From the human T2T-CHM13v2.0 reference genome, Homo sapiens, in NCBI RefSeq assembly GCF_009914755.1, contig NC_060938.1: DNA of 64,000 nt. The stretch is one strand, 5' to 3'. This document shows positions 1 to 16,625 of the stretch, in pieces (position 1 is the stretch's first letter; every line of letters begins with the position of its first letter). A model generated the notes under the pieces. It had not been told where the DNA came from. It saw only the letters and a list, made by a program, of their open reading frames with translations, and made no database searches. The position numbers and the translations under genes were made by a program.

Positions 1-437
1 TCTGTGGCCACAATGTCATAAACAACATATTTTGTGATCTTCCCCTTGTGATCAAGCTTGCTTGCATTGAAACATACACCCTGGAATTATTTGTCATTGC
101 TGACAGCGGGCTGCTCTCTTTCACCTGTTTCATCCTCTTGCTTGTTTCTTACATTGTCATCCTGGTCAGTGTACCAAAAAAATCATCACATGGGCTCTCC
201 AAGGCGCTGTCCACATTGTCTGCCCACATCATTGTGGTCACTCTGTTCTTTGGACCTTGTATTTTTATCTATGTTTGGCCATTCAGTAGTTTGGCAAGCA
301 ATAAAACTCTTGCCGTATTTTATACAGTTATCACACCCTTACTGAATCCGAGTATTTATACCCTGAGAAATAAGAAAATGCAAGAGGCCATAAGAAAATT
401 ACGGTTCCAATATGTTAGTTCTGCACAGAATTTCTAG
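1..437 (+). CDS. OR4L1: Olfactory receptor 4L1, C-terminal part (5' end lies outside the window)
   Basis: Frame from base 3 reads CGHNVINNIFCDLPLVIKLAC...SYIVIL...KALSTLSAH...TPLLNPSIYTLRNK...RFQYVSSAQNF, stop TAG 435-437. These are OR TM5-TM7 motifs and the C-terminus matches OR4L1 as I recall it. Confidence 0.92.
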   Translation, partial: CGHNVINNIFCDLPLVIKLACIETYTLELFVIADSGLLSFTCFILLLVSYIVILVSVPKKSSHGLSKALSTLSAHIIVVTLFFGPCIFIYVWPFSSLASNKTLAVFYTVITPLLNPSIYTLRNKKMQEAIRKLRFQYVSSAQNF

Positions 438-1349
438 ATGTTAGCACTATATAATTAACTTTTAAATGCTACGATAAGATAGTTTGAATAGATTATGTAT
501 AATGCATCATTTCACTTTTCTTATGTTATAATAATAACGCATAAAGACAATACTAAATTACTTTAAATTTTACATTTAAGACTTTTATAAACATAAGGAT
601 AGAGATCTGCAGCAAAATAGACATAAAAATAGACAAATAAACATAAAAAGATTATTGAGGATTTTTATCATATACATTCAATATATTCATTAATAAAGAA
701 ACAACTGTAAATGAATACATGAAGATATGAATATTATTAGAGGTTATTTTAATATATATTGATAATGTTATTCATAAATTTATACTATTATTAAATGAGG
801 TATCATGAACAAGTCATGAATTAAATAATGTTAACAGAAAAAGCAATTCTAGTTTCTTGAATCAATGGAGGCAAAAAGTAAGAATGAGTCCACAAATTCA
901 ACAGCACAGTGACTATAAGATGCCAGAGAAAAATGCCAATGGAACGACAATTTTAGTAGAACTACAAACGAACAGCCCTTTTTGAAACCAAATGCTCTGA
1001 GGAATATAAGTAAACACAGCTGACTTTCAAACTTCAATAAATAAAAATAAAAACAAAATCCTTTTTATTTTGTGTAATATACCATGTAGCTTTACCTTTT
1101 TAAGCGCTTTACATAAAATTACAGCTAAATTTTCCTCTGGTAGGATTCCAACCTTTATTGATTTATAAGCTAAATCTGATGTTTGTGCATGTTGGAGAGG
1201 GAAGTGAGAAGTGCATTCAAAATTTGAAATAGTATGCATTGATAATTAAGCTTATTTTCTCTTAATTAAAGACACCATCATTTCTTGCTTATGCTAGGTG
1301 AGCTTTGTAATTAATCCTAAATCAGTTACATAAATCCTTTCTTCCATTC

Positions 1350-1890
1350 AATGCATTCTCTATAAGCAGCCAGAGTTAGGTCATAAAAATGTAACTCTCA
1401 ATGTCATTTTCTGGATTAAAACTATTTTATGGCATGAAGACTTAGGTTCAAATTCTCAACTGGCCTTCATAATATGGCTTGCTTCTGGAATTTTGCTCCA
1501 ATCTATCCTTTTCCATAATAGTAGAGTTACACTGGCCTTCTTTCAAGTTGTTCAAAACACCAGACATCTTGTTAACTGACTTTTTCTAAACTCTTCCCTT
1601 TAGGTAAAAGAATCTTTCATCTCCTCTTCACCAAGGTAATAACCTCTCAGAAGACCCAGATGAAATATTATATTTTAGATCACTTTTCCTACATGTTCTT
1701 TGCCAGTTTAGATTTCTTTATTTTACTCATTTATGGCATGCTACAATTTCCATCCTTCTCATATATTATGGTAATAATTGCTTGTGTAATTATATGTTAA
1801 TATCTGCTTTGTCTTAGCCTATGAATTCTATAGATCTCTAATATCTAGCACAGATATTGATACATAGTAGTTCATACCTAATGAATAAAG
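1350..1890 (+). mobile_element. Decayed L2 LINE 3' fragment
   Basis: L2-like blocks 'gcagccagagt', 'acactggccttctttcaagttgttcaaaacaccagac' and a 3' end 'atctagcacag...acatagtagttc...aatgaataaa'. Boundaries approximate. Confidence 0.55.
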
Positions 1891-2849
1891 AAAAGATGAA
1901 ATAACCATATTCTAGAATAATAATATTCAATTTAACCTACTACTATGGAGAACATGTATTCTTACTGTGAGATGTGATGTGTTAAAAATATTAGAAGTAC
2001 ACAAGGCATATGGTGCTCGTATACTTCAATAATGGAACTACAGGGATTAGAGCTCTGTAACTAAATCCAAAGAGAATCAAATACATAATAAATTTAAAGC
2101 AAATGGGAGAAGAAATACTGCAAGTTTAGAATACTTGTTATTACAAACTACATTGGACTCTTTGCTACATAGTAAACTGCAACAACAAGAAACTTCACAG
2201 TCATACATTATAGCACCACCCATATTAAGGAAATTTCAATCATTTAAAAGGTAAAATATGCATCCGCTGGTAGATAAGATTATTTTCTAGTTGATAAAAT
2301 ACTGTGTAAGATTTTTGTATCTGTCAGTATAGCACACTCAGGATCCTAAAACTTTTTAGTTACAAAACATCTATGTTTGCTAAGATTATTTAAAACATCT
2401 TTTAAATCACTTAAAGCTATTGAAAAAAAATTAAAGTAAATCACACCTGAGGCCCAGTATAAAACTTGAATTCCATTCCAGGAAGGTAAAGCAGCACTGA
2501 ACCATTGCTCTCTCTGAGAACATCTACACATCCATTGCCTAGATAGAAGTTTGAAATTGGGAAAGCACTGTGCATTGGACTTTGAGGCTGAACAGGGAGG
2601 GAATAGATTGCAGGCAATGCTGAGGGCTCAGACTCTGAAAAAAAAGTGTAAGAAAGCCAGCCTACCAAAAGCAGACACCAAGAAAAAAAAAGTCTGTCTC
2701 AACCTTGATTCATGAAGATTAAAGTAAATGCTTTTCTAAGAAGTGTATGGCGGAAGAAAAGACAAATCCTCACTGAAAATAAAGTACCTTCATAGAGATT
2801 GATCTTTGAGCCTCAGCCACATAACTCAAGAATCTGACTTGGAGTGACA

Positions 2850-5800
2850 TTAGCCAGATAACACAATGACAACCCACTCATATCCTCCCATAAGAATTCT
2901 GAACCCATTCACAGAAAAAAGTCTCTTAGAAGGAGCCTTTGGGTTCAGGCAGAAGGTTGTGGAACACCAATAGATCCCAAAACCTAGGACAGCCATTTTG
3001 AGGGAGCAGACCCACATCCAGGTGGCAGAACTGCTAATCATTTTCCTGGGTTCAAACCTGGAAATGGCCACATTTTCTGAAGGGATTGGCTACAGCCCCA
3101 AGTGGCTTTGAGCCCACAACCAAAACTATCTGCCAAAGGGGCCAGGAGGAATCACAAGCACCAGTGTGCCTCAGTGGATAGGCTCTTATCACTGAAATCA
3201 GTGTCAGCAGTAGACCTGAAAGTTAACCTGTAACTCAGTTCCAGCCCCATTAGTGTTGGTCCTAGCATAGTGCAACTCACACAAGGACCCAGAGGGAGGC
3301 ACACCCTATTGAACCACTGGGATAGATGAGCTTGCTGGCCTCTGTCCCACAGCAAACTCTAAAGGGGATGTAGGGTTCCGGTACCTCTCTGCTACAGCCT
3401 GGGAATACCCTCCCACAGACATACACTCTGGACCACCAGGGTGGGTTTGCTTGCCTCTGTCCAACAGTGGATTCTGCAGGAGCCTTGGCTTGGCTTCAGC
3501 CTTTCTCTGTGGCAGCCAAAGAGCTGCCCCACTGTCATCTGAGCCATTGGTACAGGCTTGCCAGCCTTTGACCAACAACAGATCCTGAAGGGGTCCTGTC
3601 CCAGCTTCACCTTTTTTTTTTTTTTTTTTTTTGCCATAGTCAGAGAACTATCCTACCTGTGCAGGGAATTACTGGGTGACACACCTATCTAAGCCATTTG
3701 GACAGGTTTACTGGCTTCCCACCCACAGAAGATCCTGAAGGGGCCTTTTCTTGGCCTCAGCCCTTCTCTGCTGCAGCACCAGAGTTATTCTGCTTGTGCA
3801 GATAACTCCTGGGAGATATACCTGGGCAGGATTGCCAGCCACCATGCCACAGAAGTTTCAGAAAGAACCATGAATGCCAGTTCCAGCCCCCCTCAACTGT
3901 ACTATGCAAGCAATACTGCCCACATAGGGCACTTCTGAGAATCTTGCCCATTGGTGTTACTGGACTGGGTTTGCCAACAGTCTCACAGCAGATTCTGAAT
4001 TACCCTGAAGGTTAGTTTTAGTCCCTCCCAGCTGTGGTCTGGAAGAAGTTCTACTCAGTCAAGCTCCTGCCAAGAGATACACTAAGCTGAGCCCCTGTGC
4101 TTGCCAGCCTCTTCCTTCAACAGTTCCTCAAACATCCCTAGATCTTAGTCCTGGCTCCTCTTATCTATAGACTAACAACACCTCTGCCTGCCTGGAGACT
4201 TGGAGAGAGGAAAGTTCAATAGCGTTTTTGCAGTGTTATGCCCTGCTTTTGATCACATTGTGAATCTTCAAAGAGCCCTATAAATTGATTTCATTTCTTC
4301 TTAACTGCAGTCTGAGAGCAGGCCTGCTCACCCTGTAACTCCCTGGGAGACATGGCTGTCCGTGACTATGAAGACAGGTCTAAAGATCTCAGTCTCAACT
4401 CTAGGCTTGAAACAACCCTGTGTTTATTTCCAGCTCATTGTAGCCATTTGTAGTATGGCCAACCCAAAGACTCATCAAATGATGTAGTGAAAGGCCTCTC
4501 AGAAACTCGGAGAAAGCCAAACCTGTCAGCATTGCAGGTAACAGGGCTGCTGTCTGAGAATCCAGAAGCAAACCTTCACCTTACCTCCAACTCTTCATGG
4601 GACTCCAGCTTGGGCAACAGCAGCCACTATGGACCTTGTGGTTTCTAAGCCTGTAACAGCTGAAGTCATTGCAGTGCTGACAATGACTTCAACAGTCACA
4701 GGCTTAGGAACCACAACAGTCTTCTCAATATTCCTGAACATGCCTACTGTAGAAGGGCAATCACAGAAAAGCAAGACTGCAAAGATTGCAATACATTCCT
4801 ATGTCATCCAATGCACAGATATTGAAACATGACCACAAGGACCAAGAACAACCAGAGAAACTGACATCACTGGCATAAAATAAGATGCAAACTGCTGACC
4901 CTAAAGAGATGGAGATCTATGATCTGCCTGACAAATAACTCAAACTACCTGTTTTTAAGGAAGCTCAGTTAACTTAAAGAAAATTGAGAGACAGTTTTTA
5001 AATTTTTCAGAGAAATTTAACATAGAGATTAAAATAATAAAAAATCAAACAGTAACTTTGGATCTGTAACATACAGGGAATGAAATAAATGCAACTGAAA
5101 GCATCAGTAGCAAAAATAGGTAAAGCAGAAAAAAGAATCAGTGAGTTAGGAAGACAGGCTATTTAAAAATATACGATCTGAGATGAAAAAACAAAACAGA
5201 ATTAAAAGGAACAAAGAAAGTTTGTCAGATTTATGGGACAACATTAAAAGAGCAGATATTTGGGTTACTGGGGTTTAGAAGGGAGTAGAAAAAGACAAAG
5301 AGTTAGAAAACTTATTTTAAAAATAACAGACAACTTACAAACCTAGAGAAAGATGTAACTACTTAGGCACAAAAGACACCAAGTCAGATGCAATCCCAAT
5401 AATAGTATCAAAAGATATAGTATAATTAAACTGTATAAGATGAAAGACAAAGAGGGGATCCTGAAAGAAACAAGAGAAAAGAAACAAATAACATACAAAA
5501 GAGCTCCAATATGCCTGGCAGCACGCTTCTCAAAACAAAAACAAAAAAAGTCTTATAGGCAAGGAGGAGTTGGGATGATATATTTAAATATTAAGAAAAA
5601 AGCCTAGCAGCCAAGAATACTGTATCCAGCAAAGCAATACTTGAGTGTTGAAGGATACGTAAAGACTTTCCCAGACGAATGAAAGTTGAGAAAGTTTATT
5701 AATACAGACCTATTTTGCAAATGCTAAAAGGAACTCTTCAAAATGAAAGACAAGGAAACTACTAAGTAGTATAAAAAATCTGAAGGTATAAAACTCACTG

Positions 5801-5890
5801 GTAAAAATAAATATACAGTCTAACTCAATATATTTGAATAATCAAGCTGTATAAACTACCTATATATTTAGCATGGCCATTAAAAAATAG
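2850..5890 (+). mobile_element. Old L1 (L1M-type) 5'UTR and decayed ORF1; host resumes at about 8700-8900
   Basis: GC-richer 5'UTR-like stretch, then ORF1 remnants ('gagatggagatctatgatctgcctgacaaa', 'ccaagaatactgtatccagcaaag', 'aaagactttcccagac'). Inter-ORF sequence continues after the younger insertion. Confidence 0.7.
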
Positions 5891-5894
5891 AACT

Positions 5895-6012
5895 CTCAGG
5901 AGGCTGAATGCAAGGACTGCTTGAGCCCAGGATTTTGAGGCTTTGGTGAGCTATCATTATGCCACTGCACTCCATCCTGGACGATGGAATAAGACCTTGT
6001 CTCATAAAAAAT
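5895..6012 (+). mobile_element. Alu monomer/right-arm fragment (FLAM/FRAM/AluJ-like)
   Basis: 'ctcaggaggctga...gcttgagcccagga...ccactgcactccatcctgg...gaccttgtctc' followed by an A-rich end. Confidence 0.75.
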
Positions 6013-6019
6013 TAATTCA

Positions 6020-8690
6020 CAAATTCTGAAATTGAATCCATAATACAGAAATCTACCAATCAGAAAAAGCCCTGGACCAGATGGTTTCACAGCCAAATTC
6101 TACCAGATTTAAAAAAAAGAGCTAGTACCAGTCCTACTGAAATTATTCCAAAATATCAAAAAGGAAAGACTCCTCCCTAACTTAATGTATGAGGCCAGCA
6201 TTATTCCAAAACCTGGCAGAAACAAAACAAAGAAAGAAAATTTCATGCCAATATCCTTGATGAACATAGATATACAAATCATCAACAAAGTATGAGGAAA
6301 TCAAATCTAGTGGAATATCAAAGAGCTAATACACCACAATCAAGTAGGTTTTATTCCTGCAATGCAAGGCTGGTTCAACATATGCAGATCAATAAATGTG
6401 ATTCATCACATAAACAGAACTAAAAACAGAACCCACATGATCATATAAACAGACACAGAAAAATATTTTGATAAAATTCAACATCCTTTCATGTTAAAAA
6501 AAATTCAACGAACAAGCCATCAAAGAAACATACCTCAAAATAATAAGAGCCATATATGCAAACTGACAGCCAACATCATACTGAATGGGAAAAAGCTGGA
6601 AGCATTCCTTCTGAGAAATGGAACAAGATAAGAATGCTCACTCTCATCACTTATATTCAACATAGTACTGGAAGTCCTATCCAGAGTAATCAGGCGAGAG
6701 AGAGAAATAAATATAACAAAAGAGAAAGTCAAACTATTTCTCCTCATAAATAATATGATTCTATACCTAGAAAACCTGCAGTCTCTGCCCAAAGACTTCT
6801 AGATCTGAAAATCAGCTTCAGTAAAGTTTCGGGATACAAAATCAATGTACAAAAATTATTAGCATTTCTATACACCAATAATGTCCAAGCTGAGACCCCA
6901 ATCAAGAATGCAGTTTCATTCACAGAAGCCACAAAAAGAGTAAAATACCTAGAAATATGGCTAAACAGGGAGGTGAAAGATCTCTGAAATGAGAATTACA
7001 AAACATTGCTGAAATATATCAGAGATGACACAAATGCAAAGAAATCCTATGCCCATAGATTAGAAGAATCAGTATCATTAAAATAGCCATTAAATAGCTG
7101 CCCAAAGCAATTTACAGATTAAATACTATTTCTATTAAACTATCAATTTTATGTTTCACAGAATTAGAAAAAAAGTATTCTACAATTCAAATGAAACCCC
7201 AAAAGGAGCCCAAATAGCTAAATCAATTCTGATCAAAAAGAACAAAGCAAGAGGCATCACACTACCCAACTACAAGCTATATATGAGACTACAGTAAACA
7301 AAACAGCATGGTACTTGTACAAAAACAGACACATAGGCCAATGAAACAGAACAGAAAACCCAAAAATAAAGCCACACACTTACAACCATCTGATCCTCAA
7401 CAAAGTTGACAATAACATGCAGTGGAAAAAAGACTACGTATTCAATAAATGGCATTGCAATAACTGGCTAGCCATATGCAGTAGAATGAGACTGGATCTC
7501 TTCCTTTCATCTTATACAAAAATCAACTCAATGTGCATTAAAGACTTAAATGTAAGACCTAAAACTATAAAAACCCTGGAAACAAACATAGGACATACCG
7601 TTCAGGACTTAGGCAATGGCAAAGATTTTATGACTAGGTCTCTGAAATTAAAGGTTAACAAAAAAAAATCAGACCTAATTACTTCTGCACAGCAAAAGAA
7701 ACAATTGACAGCATAAACAGACAACCTACAGAATGGGAGAAAATATATGCAAACTATGCATCTGATAAAATTCTAATATCCAGAATCTATAATGAACTTA
7801 AGTAAACAAGAAAAAAACAAACAACCGTATTAAAAAGTGGCCAAAAGACAAGAGCAGATACTTCTCAAAAGAAGACACATATGTGGCCACAAACATATGA
7901 AAAAATATTCCACATCACTAGTCATTAGAGAAATGCAAATCAAAACCACAATGAAATGCCACATCTCACAAAAGTCAGAATGGCTATTACAAAAAATAAA
8001 AAATAAATTTTAAAAAGCAGATATTGGTGAGGTTGCAGAGAAAAGGGAACTCTTACACACTGCTGGTGAGAACGTAATTATTTCAGCCACTGTGGAATGC
8101 ATTTTAAAGATTTCTCAAAAAACTTAAAACAGAACTACCACTTGACCCAGCAATCTCATTACTAGGGTATACATACAAATGAATACAGAGAATTCTACCA
8201 AAAAGGCACCCAATCTTGTATATTCACTGAAGCACTGTTCACAATAGCAAAGACATGGAATCAACCTAGATGCCCATTAGCAGTGGACTGAATTAAAAAA
8301 AAAAGTGGTACATATACACTATGGAATACAATGCAGCCATAAAAAGAATGAAATACTGTCCTTTGAAGCAACATGGATGTAGCTGGAGGCCATTACCTAA
8401 GTGAATTAATACAGAAAGAGAAAACCAAATACTGCACATTCTCATTTACAAGTGGAAGATAAACATTGAGTACACATGGATACAAAGAGGGAAACAATAA
8501 ATACTGGGGCCTGCTTGATAGTGTAGGGTGGGAAGAGAATGAGGGTCAAACAACTACCTATTGAATACTCCACTCACTACCGGGGTGATGAAATCATTTG
8601 TACACCAAACCTCATTGACATGCAATTCACCCATGTTATAAACCTGTACATGTACCCACTAAACCTAAAATAAAAGTTGAAAAAAATATA
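6020..8690 (+). mobile_element. 5'-truncated L1 (L1PA15/16-L1PB age), decayed ORF2 and 3'UTR
   Basis: ORF2 remnants ([14 protein letters not shown]; 'tatgaggccagcatt'; ORF 7417-7716 NWLAIC...[12 protein letters not shown]); 3'UTR ending 'ctaaaataaaagttgaaaaaaa'. Confidence 0.85.
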
Positions 8691-8919
8691 TATATATAGG
8701 CATTTTTCTCTAATAACAAGTATATTAAATTAGAAAAATAAAAATAATAATAACTGCAATAATCTGTTAGGGATATGCAATGTATAAAGGTGTAAATTTT
8801 GACATCCAAAATTTTTAATATGGGAGGGAGAGGAGTTAGCACATACAGTTTTTTTTTTTAATGTGATCAAAGTTATCTGTTTAAAATAACCTGTAAATGA
8901 TAGGTCCAATAGAGCCATG

Positions 8920-9990
8920 ATTATTGGTCAACACTTACAACTTGGATTCAGATATGTTATAAGATAATTCTTTGATTAAACTCTGTATATACCTTCAGAT
9001 AGCACCCTGTAAATGTAGAATGCAACCCTATGCCTTCTGTATATATCTTCCCATGAAGATGAGTCATTGTCTCATCTAGAATAAAATGGGTAATAACATC
9101 AACTTGTCCCAGTGGCTGGTTATTCTGTCTACAAGATGGTACCAGATTAGGGGGTTCAGGTTAGTTTTGTTGATGACATTTATTGCACCACAGCAAGTGT
9201 GATCTTGGTGAGTAGGAAGCCAAGCAGTGGGTCCATACACAACCTCCTTTTCTACTATTATGACTACTTCAATAATAGCAAGTAGTTTATATCAACTGGA
9301 TGAGCCATTATGTCATCTTGTTTATTTCATGCCTTTTTTTGATGCTGTCTAGTGAATATTAATATCAAATAATCAAGTTTTTTTGTAGATAGCTCTGCTT
9401 CTATAGTCAACATAAGTTCCATAATCACATGTTTCATCCTTATTAGAATAGAGTGAAATCTAGGAGCTGATTTAAAATTCATGTATTTCCAGTTTTGCTA
9501 CAGATGCTATGGTTCAAGCTACATGACCTTAGGAATCTACATTGTTATTCTTCTACTAGGGTTTGCCAAAACCTACAAATGCTGTATTTCTCCAGCACAG
9601 ACAATTGTAGTGCCACAGACTTTACCTGGATATGTGGTTCGAGTAGTATGACTACTTGATACTAGATCTAGTATACACACTGTATGCTAAATGTGCTAAT
9701 ATTCCTTTCTTATACTGGACTCCACCAAAAGCTAGAAGTCTGTATGTCAATAAAAAATGAGTCAAAGCAATCATCCCAAGTATTGGAATATAGTGCCTTC
9801 AGAACTGAAATAGGATCACCAGACAATATGCAATCTCCTTAAAAGTTTAGTGATTAAAGTACAAGGTGCAATATTTGTCCATTACTTTTAAGGTGATCTT
9901 TCACCATGACCATAACAAATAAAAACGCTAAAACCTTCACTGAAATATTAGGATTACCTTCTTAAATAATGAGGATTTGTCCTCACACTT
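8920..9990 (-). mobile_element. Highly decayed ERVL/MaLR internal (pol-like) fragment
   Basis: 9650-9960 resembles the reverse complement of ERVL reverse-transcriptase sequence ('ggaatatagtgccttcagaactgaaatagg', 'aaaccttcactgaaat'). No open frame. Confidence 0.5.
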
Positions 9991-10646
9991 GATCTTCACG
10001 GTGAACAAATGTTCAAAGAGAAAATATTTTTCTAATGTTCCATCTTAGGAATATTGAAAGTTTTACTTGCATGCTCTTTGGGTAACTCTACCTCACAGAT
10101 GTCTGGTCAGAATTATATTTGTATCTGTCAGTCTGCTAGTAATCAACTAGACTATAGTGTTATAAATAAATCAGACGAAAGTTTATTTTCCTTGTAAAAC
10201 CAATTGATAGAATATTACCTCACTGTTGGTATGCCAGCTTCACAAAATCAGGAAGTATGAAACTTCCTGTTTATTTTTTGCTTTAGATTAATATTCTGAC
10301 CTCAATGTCACAAACTATCTGTAGAAACTCCACACATCACATTTACATTCTAGACATAAAGAAAACTAAAAGGATGTGAGCTCGTGAGCTCGTTTTTCTT
10401 CCGATGCAAAGTTTTCATTTTTTTTTAGTTTTGCTTTGTATTATACAGAGGCCTATTGATTAAGAATGCATTTCCAAGTTTCTATGTCACCTAGATTCCT
10501 GATAGTCACAAATAACAAATAAAAGTGACAGGTAGATTAATGGAGAGTCATTGGTAGATTAATAGGAAGGGATACAGAAGCCCACTTCACCCCTCAACCT
10601 CTCACTGCACCCAGCACACTGCCTATGCCTACATCTCTACAAGTAG

Positions 10647-10993
<347 letters not shown>

Positions 10994-11029
10994 AAGAACC
11001 ACCATATTTCTAACTTTTGACCATAAGCT

Positions 11030-11960
<931 letters not shown>

Positions 11961-13048
11961 CCCCACACTTGGCCTGTGGTGAGAGTGCCTCTTCTCTTGT
12001 TCCTACAGCTTAGATGTGATAGTGGCTTCCATTTGATAGTCATCTTTGGTTTCTCTGAACATATCCTGTTCAACATCTTAGCTATTCCATCGCTTGAGTA
12101 GCTAAATAACCTGTTTGAAATACTCAGAGTTATTTTTCTTTTCTCAATTAGACCCCAGAAATTACAGAGTTGGGCAGAGGCAAAGGGCATAACTCTCTAC
12201 TGAGTCAGCTCCAATACAAATTTCATCAAAGAGCTACCCAATAATATAGGGGTTTTTTTGGAATTTGCTCCTTCTAAGTTTAAGGTAGACTGTATAGTAT
12301 ACTCTAACTGAATTTAGGTGTCTCTTACCAAGGAAGAATAAGAGAATGACCTTTCAGAGGACACTACTAGTCTCTGGGACACAGTTAATGCTCATTGCTA
12401 AACTAGTCTCTGGTGAGTGAAGTGAAAGCACTTTGATTGTCCTAGACAGATGTCTTATGAAAAAGATTTGATCCTCCATGGAAGCACATAGTCAGCCTAT
12501 CCCAGAGAATATATGGTTTCAATTACCAAGAAAGAAGAAAGAATCATTACTGGGAAACCAACGAGTTCTACCATAGCCAGTTATCACCATTGGTATTCAA
12601 TATTGCTCAAAAATTTCAAGTTAATGAAATAAGGTAATAAAATAATAGTAGAGAAATATTTTAATGTGAATATTATCTATCTTATCAATAATACAAAAAA
12701 TAGAAGAGAACCAATTAGAAAAATATTGAACATGAGATTTGATTCCATTTACCACTTAAATATATATATATATAAAACATTTACAGATAACAATAGCAAT
12801 AAGATGAATTAATATAAAGAGAAAAATCATATTAAGTATAGCATCAAAGTAGGAAATACGCAAATTTTATTTAACCACAAATATGTTACAAAAACATTGC
12901 TGACAAAATGAAGATGACAAAACTTTTCTGTGAGCCATAAAAGAAGACAAAAATTTTAAGAACACAAAAACAATGACAAAAATGAATAGATCTAAAAAGT
13001 AGCCAGACTTATCTCCAATTTAAATAAATATAAAGGGAGCATTATCCG

Positions 13049-13358
<310 letters not shown>

Positions 13359-16300
13359 AGAGCATTATACATTCTTAATAAAATGAATTATTTAATTGTA
13401 ATAATAAAAACTCATATCCTATCATTTATTAATTTCAGACAAGTTAGAATTAAACGTGAAAAATTTATCATAATAAATTTTATAATTAATGTAATCTAGA
13501 ATGAGTGACATCGCCAAGATGAAGGAGTAGGAGATACCAGTATTTATCCTCCCCACAGAAAAACAAACATAGACAGCTATGCACAAACCAAAATAGTTCT
13601 GAGAAAGCTTAAGGGCCCACTAAATAATCTACAGAAATATAATGGAGCAAAAAGTCAAGAATATCCTCACAGAAAAGATTTCTGGTGAGATCAGCAAACT
13701 TAAGACATGAAGAGATGGCAAAGGACAAAAAAAAGGCAGAGGTTATCACTGTCAGCCATGCAGCAAGAACTATGGTCCCAAAGGCCTTCTCTTCAGAAAA
13801 CATTGGCATCTTTTGCCACTGAGGCAACCAACAGCCATTCTTGCTGGGAAACTCTAAAGAGTTAGATGCAGCCACACACCTTAACCCCCTCAAGACACAG
13901 TCATTGTTGTGCCCCTTCAGATGGGACTCATCATCTCTCCCTATATCCTGTCAATACTGTGCATACCTATGCTTCTGTTCTTTGTACCTTGTTTGCTTCA
14001 CAAGCACCTGTGCCTTACATGTTGTTATGAACATGGCAATGAGGGCATGTGCACCCTGGGTACCACTGCCTATACCACCCTACACCCCAGAGCCATAGTC
14101 CCTCTACATGTGCTCATGCTTCAGGCCTCAGCTCCACAGTCACTTCATGGTTAGCACTCATCAGAAACTGGTGCCACTGTCCCTGGAGTGGGCCCACAAA
14201 TTGGACACAGTGTCAAGGGGGATCCCTTCAGCCACAACTTTCCCAGTAGGAGATACAGACATTGGAAGGACCTTAGCAGCAATTGCCAATGAAGACCACA
14301 TCAGTCATTCAATGGTACTGTGAACATGTACAGTATTGCCTGTCAAGAATCCTTGTGATCTTCATTAATACTGACCACAACTAATAGAGATGCCCTGGAA
14401 TTCACAGCTGCTTCTTCACTGGTGTTAGAACCAGTGCCCTTGCACCCTTCTCTTCATAGGGGAAGGTTTTTCCACACCAAAATGAACTCATAAAGTCAAA
14501 AAGAGGTGACTGTTTTACCAAATGTGTAGACCTCAATGCAAGGCATCAATAAACATAAAAAGCCAAGGAGACATATAACCACCAAAAAAGAAATTCAATA
14601 ATTTTCCTGGAGCTGATGCCCCAAAATGGGGATATATGAATGGCTTGACAAAGATTTTATAATTGTATTTATGAGGGAGCTAAGAGAATGTCAAGAAAAT
14701 ACAGAGGAAAGTTGATTAAAAATCAGGAAACAAACAAAATTAGAAACTTAACTGAGAGATTAAAAATACAAAAAAAAAAACCTAGAAATTCTGAAGCCAA
14801 AAAATATAGCTAATGAATGTAAAATGCAACAGAGAACATTAAGAGCAGAGTTAAGCAAAATAATCTATGAACCTGAAGATAGTGTATTTGAAAATATATA
14901 GTCAGAAGAGACAAAATTTCAAAAATCAAAAAATAAAGAAAGGTTATGGGATTTAAGGGATCACATCAAGAAGGCAACTATTTGAATTGTAGGAGATAAA
15001 GAAGGAGAAAAGAGTGGCAAAGGGACAGAAAGCTTATTTGAAGAAATAGTACCTAAAAGCTTTCCAAATCTAGGGAAAATAGAAGCATTCAGGTTTGGAT
15101 ACTCAAATGTCTTCCAAAACATTCAGTCCAAAACGAGACTATACCAAGACATGTTATAATCAAACTTTCAAAAACGAATTATGAAGAGACAATCCTGAAA
15201 GCAACAAGAGAAAACAAACATATCACACGTAAGGAAGTTTCAGTGAGGCTAACAGATTTCTCTGCAGATACCTTGTAGGCCAGAAGAGAATAGGATGATA
15301 TATTTAAAGTGCTGAATGAAAGAAACTTTCAAATGAAGAATAGTTCACCCAGCAAAACTTTCCCTCAGACACGAAGAAGAGATAAAGACTATCCCAGAAA
15401 AACAAGAGCTAAGGAATTTCATTACCACCAAATCTTTTTTATAAGAAACATGAATGGGAGTTCTTTGAGCATAAGAAAGGACAGCTTTTAGTAACATGAA
15501 AACATATTAAAGAAGAAACCTCATTGTTAAAACTAGGTACACAGTCAAATTTAGAACTCTAACACTGTAATGCTAGTGTGTAAATCACTTATTTAGTATG
15601 AAGGTTAAAAGATTTAAAAAATCAAAATAATACGTACAATAATTTTTAAGGCATATACATACAAAATATGTAAACTGTGACATCAGAAACAGAAAATGTG
15701 TTGTGGAGAGGAAGAGTAAAATTGTAGAGGTTCTTTATGCAAACAAAGTACAATTGTTAGCGTAAAATAGGCCATTATAACTATAAGATGTTTTATGTAA
15801 GCCTTATGGTTACCACAAAACAAAAACTCTTAATAGATACACACACGCAAAAAAGTAAGGATTCAAAGCATATCACTATGCTTTATATATATAATAGATC
15901 TTATATATTGTATTATGTCTTAATATATGTCATAGTATATAAAATCTTACATTATATATATATTACATATATTATGCACATATTTATATATAGAGAGAGA
16001 AATCTAATTATAAATAAAGACAGCAAGGGAGGAAAAAAAGGAAAATAAGATCAACAAAATAACCAGAAAATGATGAACAAAACGGCAATAATACATCCTT
16101 ATTTATTCATATTAACCATAAATTTAAATAAATAAAATTCTTTAATCAAAAGACAAAGTAGCAGAATGGATTTAAAAAACAAACTAGTCCCAACTATTTG
16201 TTGCCTACAAGATATTGACTTCAACTTTAAGAACACACATAGACTGAAAACAAAGGAATTGGAAAAGATATTCTATGCAAATGCAAATCAAAGAGAGAAG

Positions 16301-16625
16301 GAGTAGCTATTCTTACATGATGTAAGATAGCCTTTTAGTCAAAAACTATAAAATGAGACAAAATCTGTGTAATGATAAAGATGTCAGTGTACCCAGAAGA
16401 CATAAGAACTGTAAGTATATATGCACCCATTAGCAGAGCACCTAAACATATAAAGCAAATATTAGTAGGTCTGAAGAGAAAGATAGACTGCAATGCAATA
16501 ATAATAGGGAAGTGTAGTACCCAACTTTAAACAATGGATAAATCATTCAGACAGAAAATCAATAAGAAAACATTACGGTTGAGCTACACCTTAAAGAAAA
16601 TGGACCTAACAGACACATACAGAAT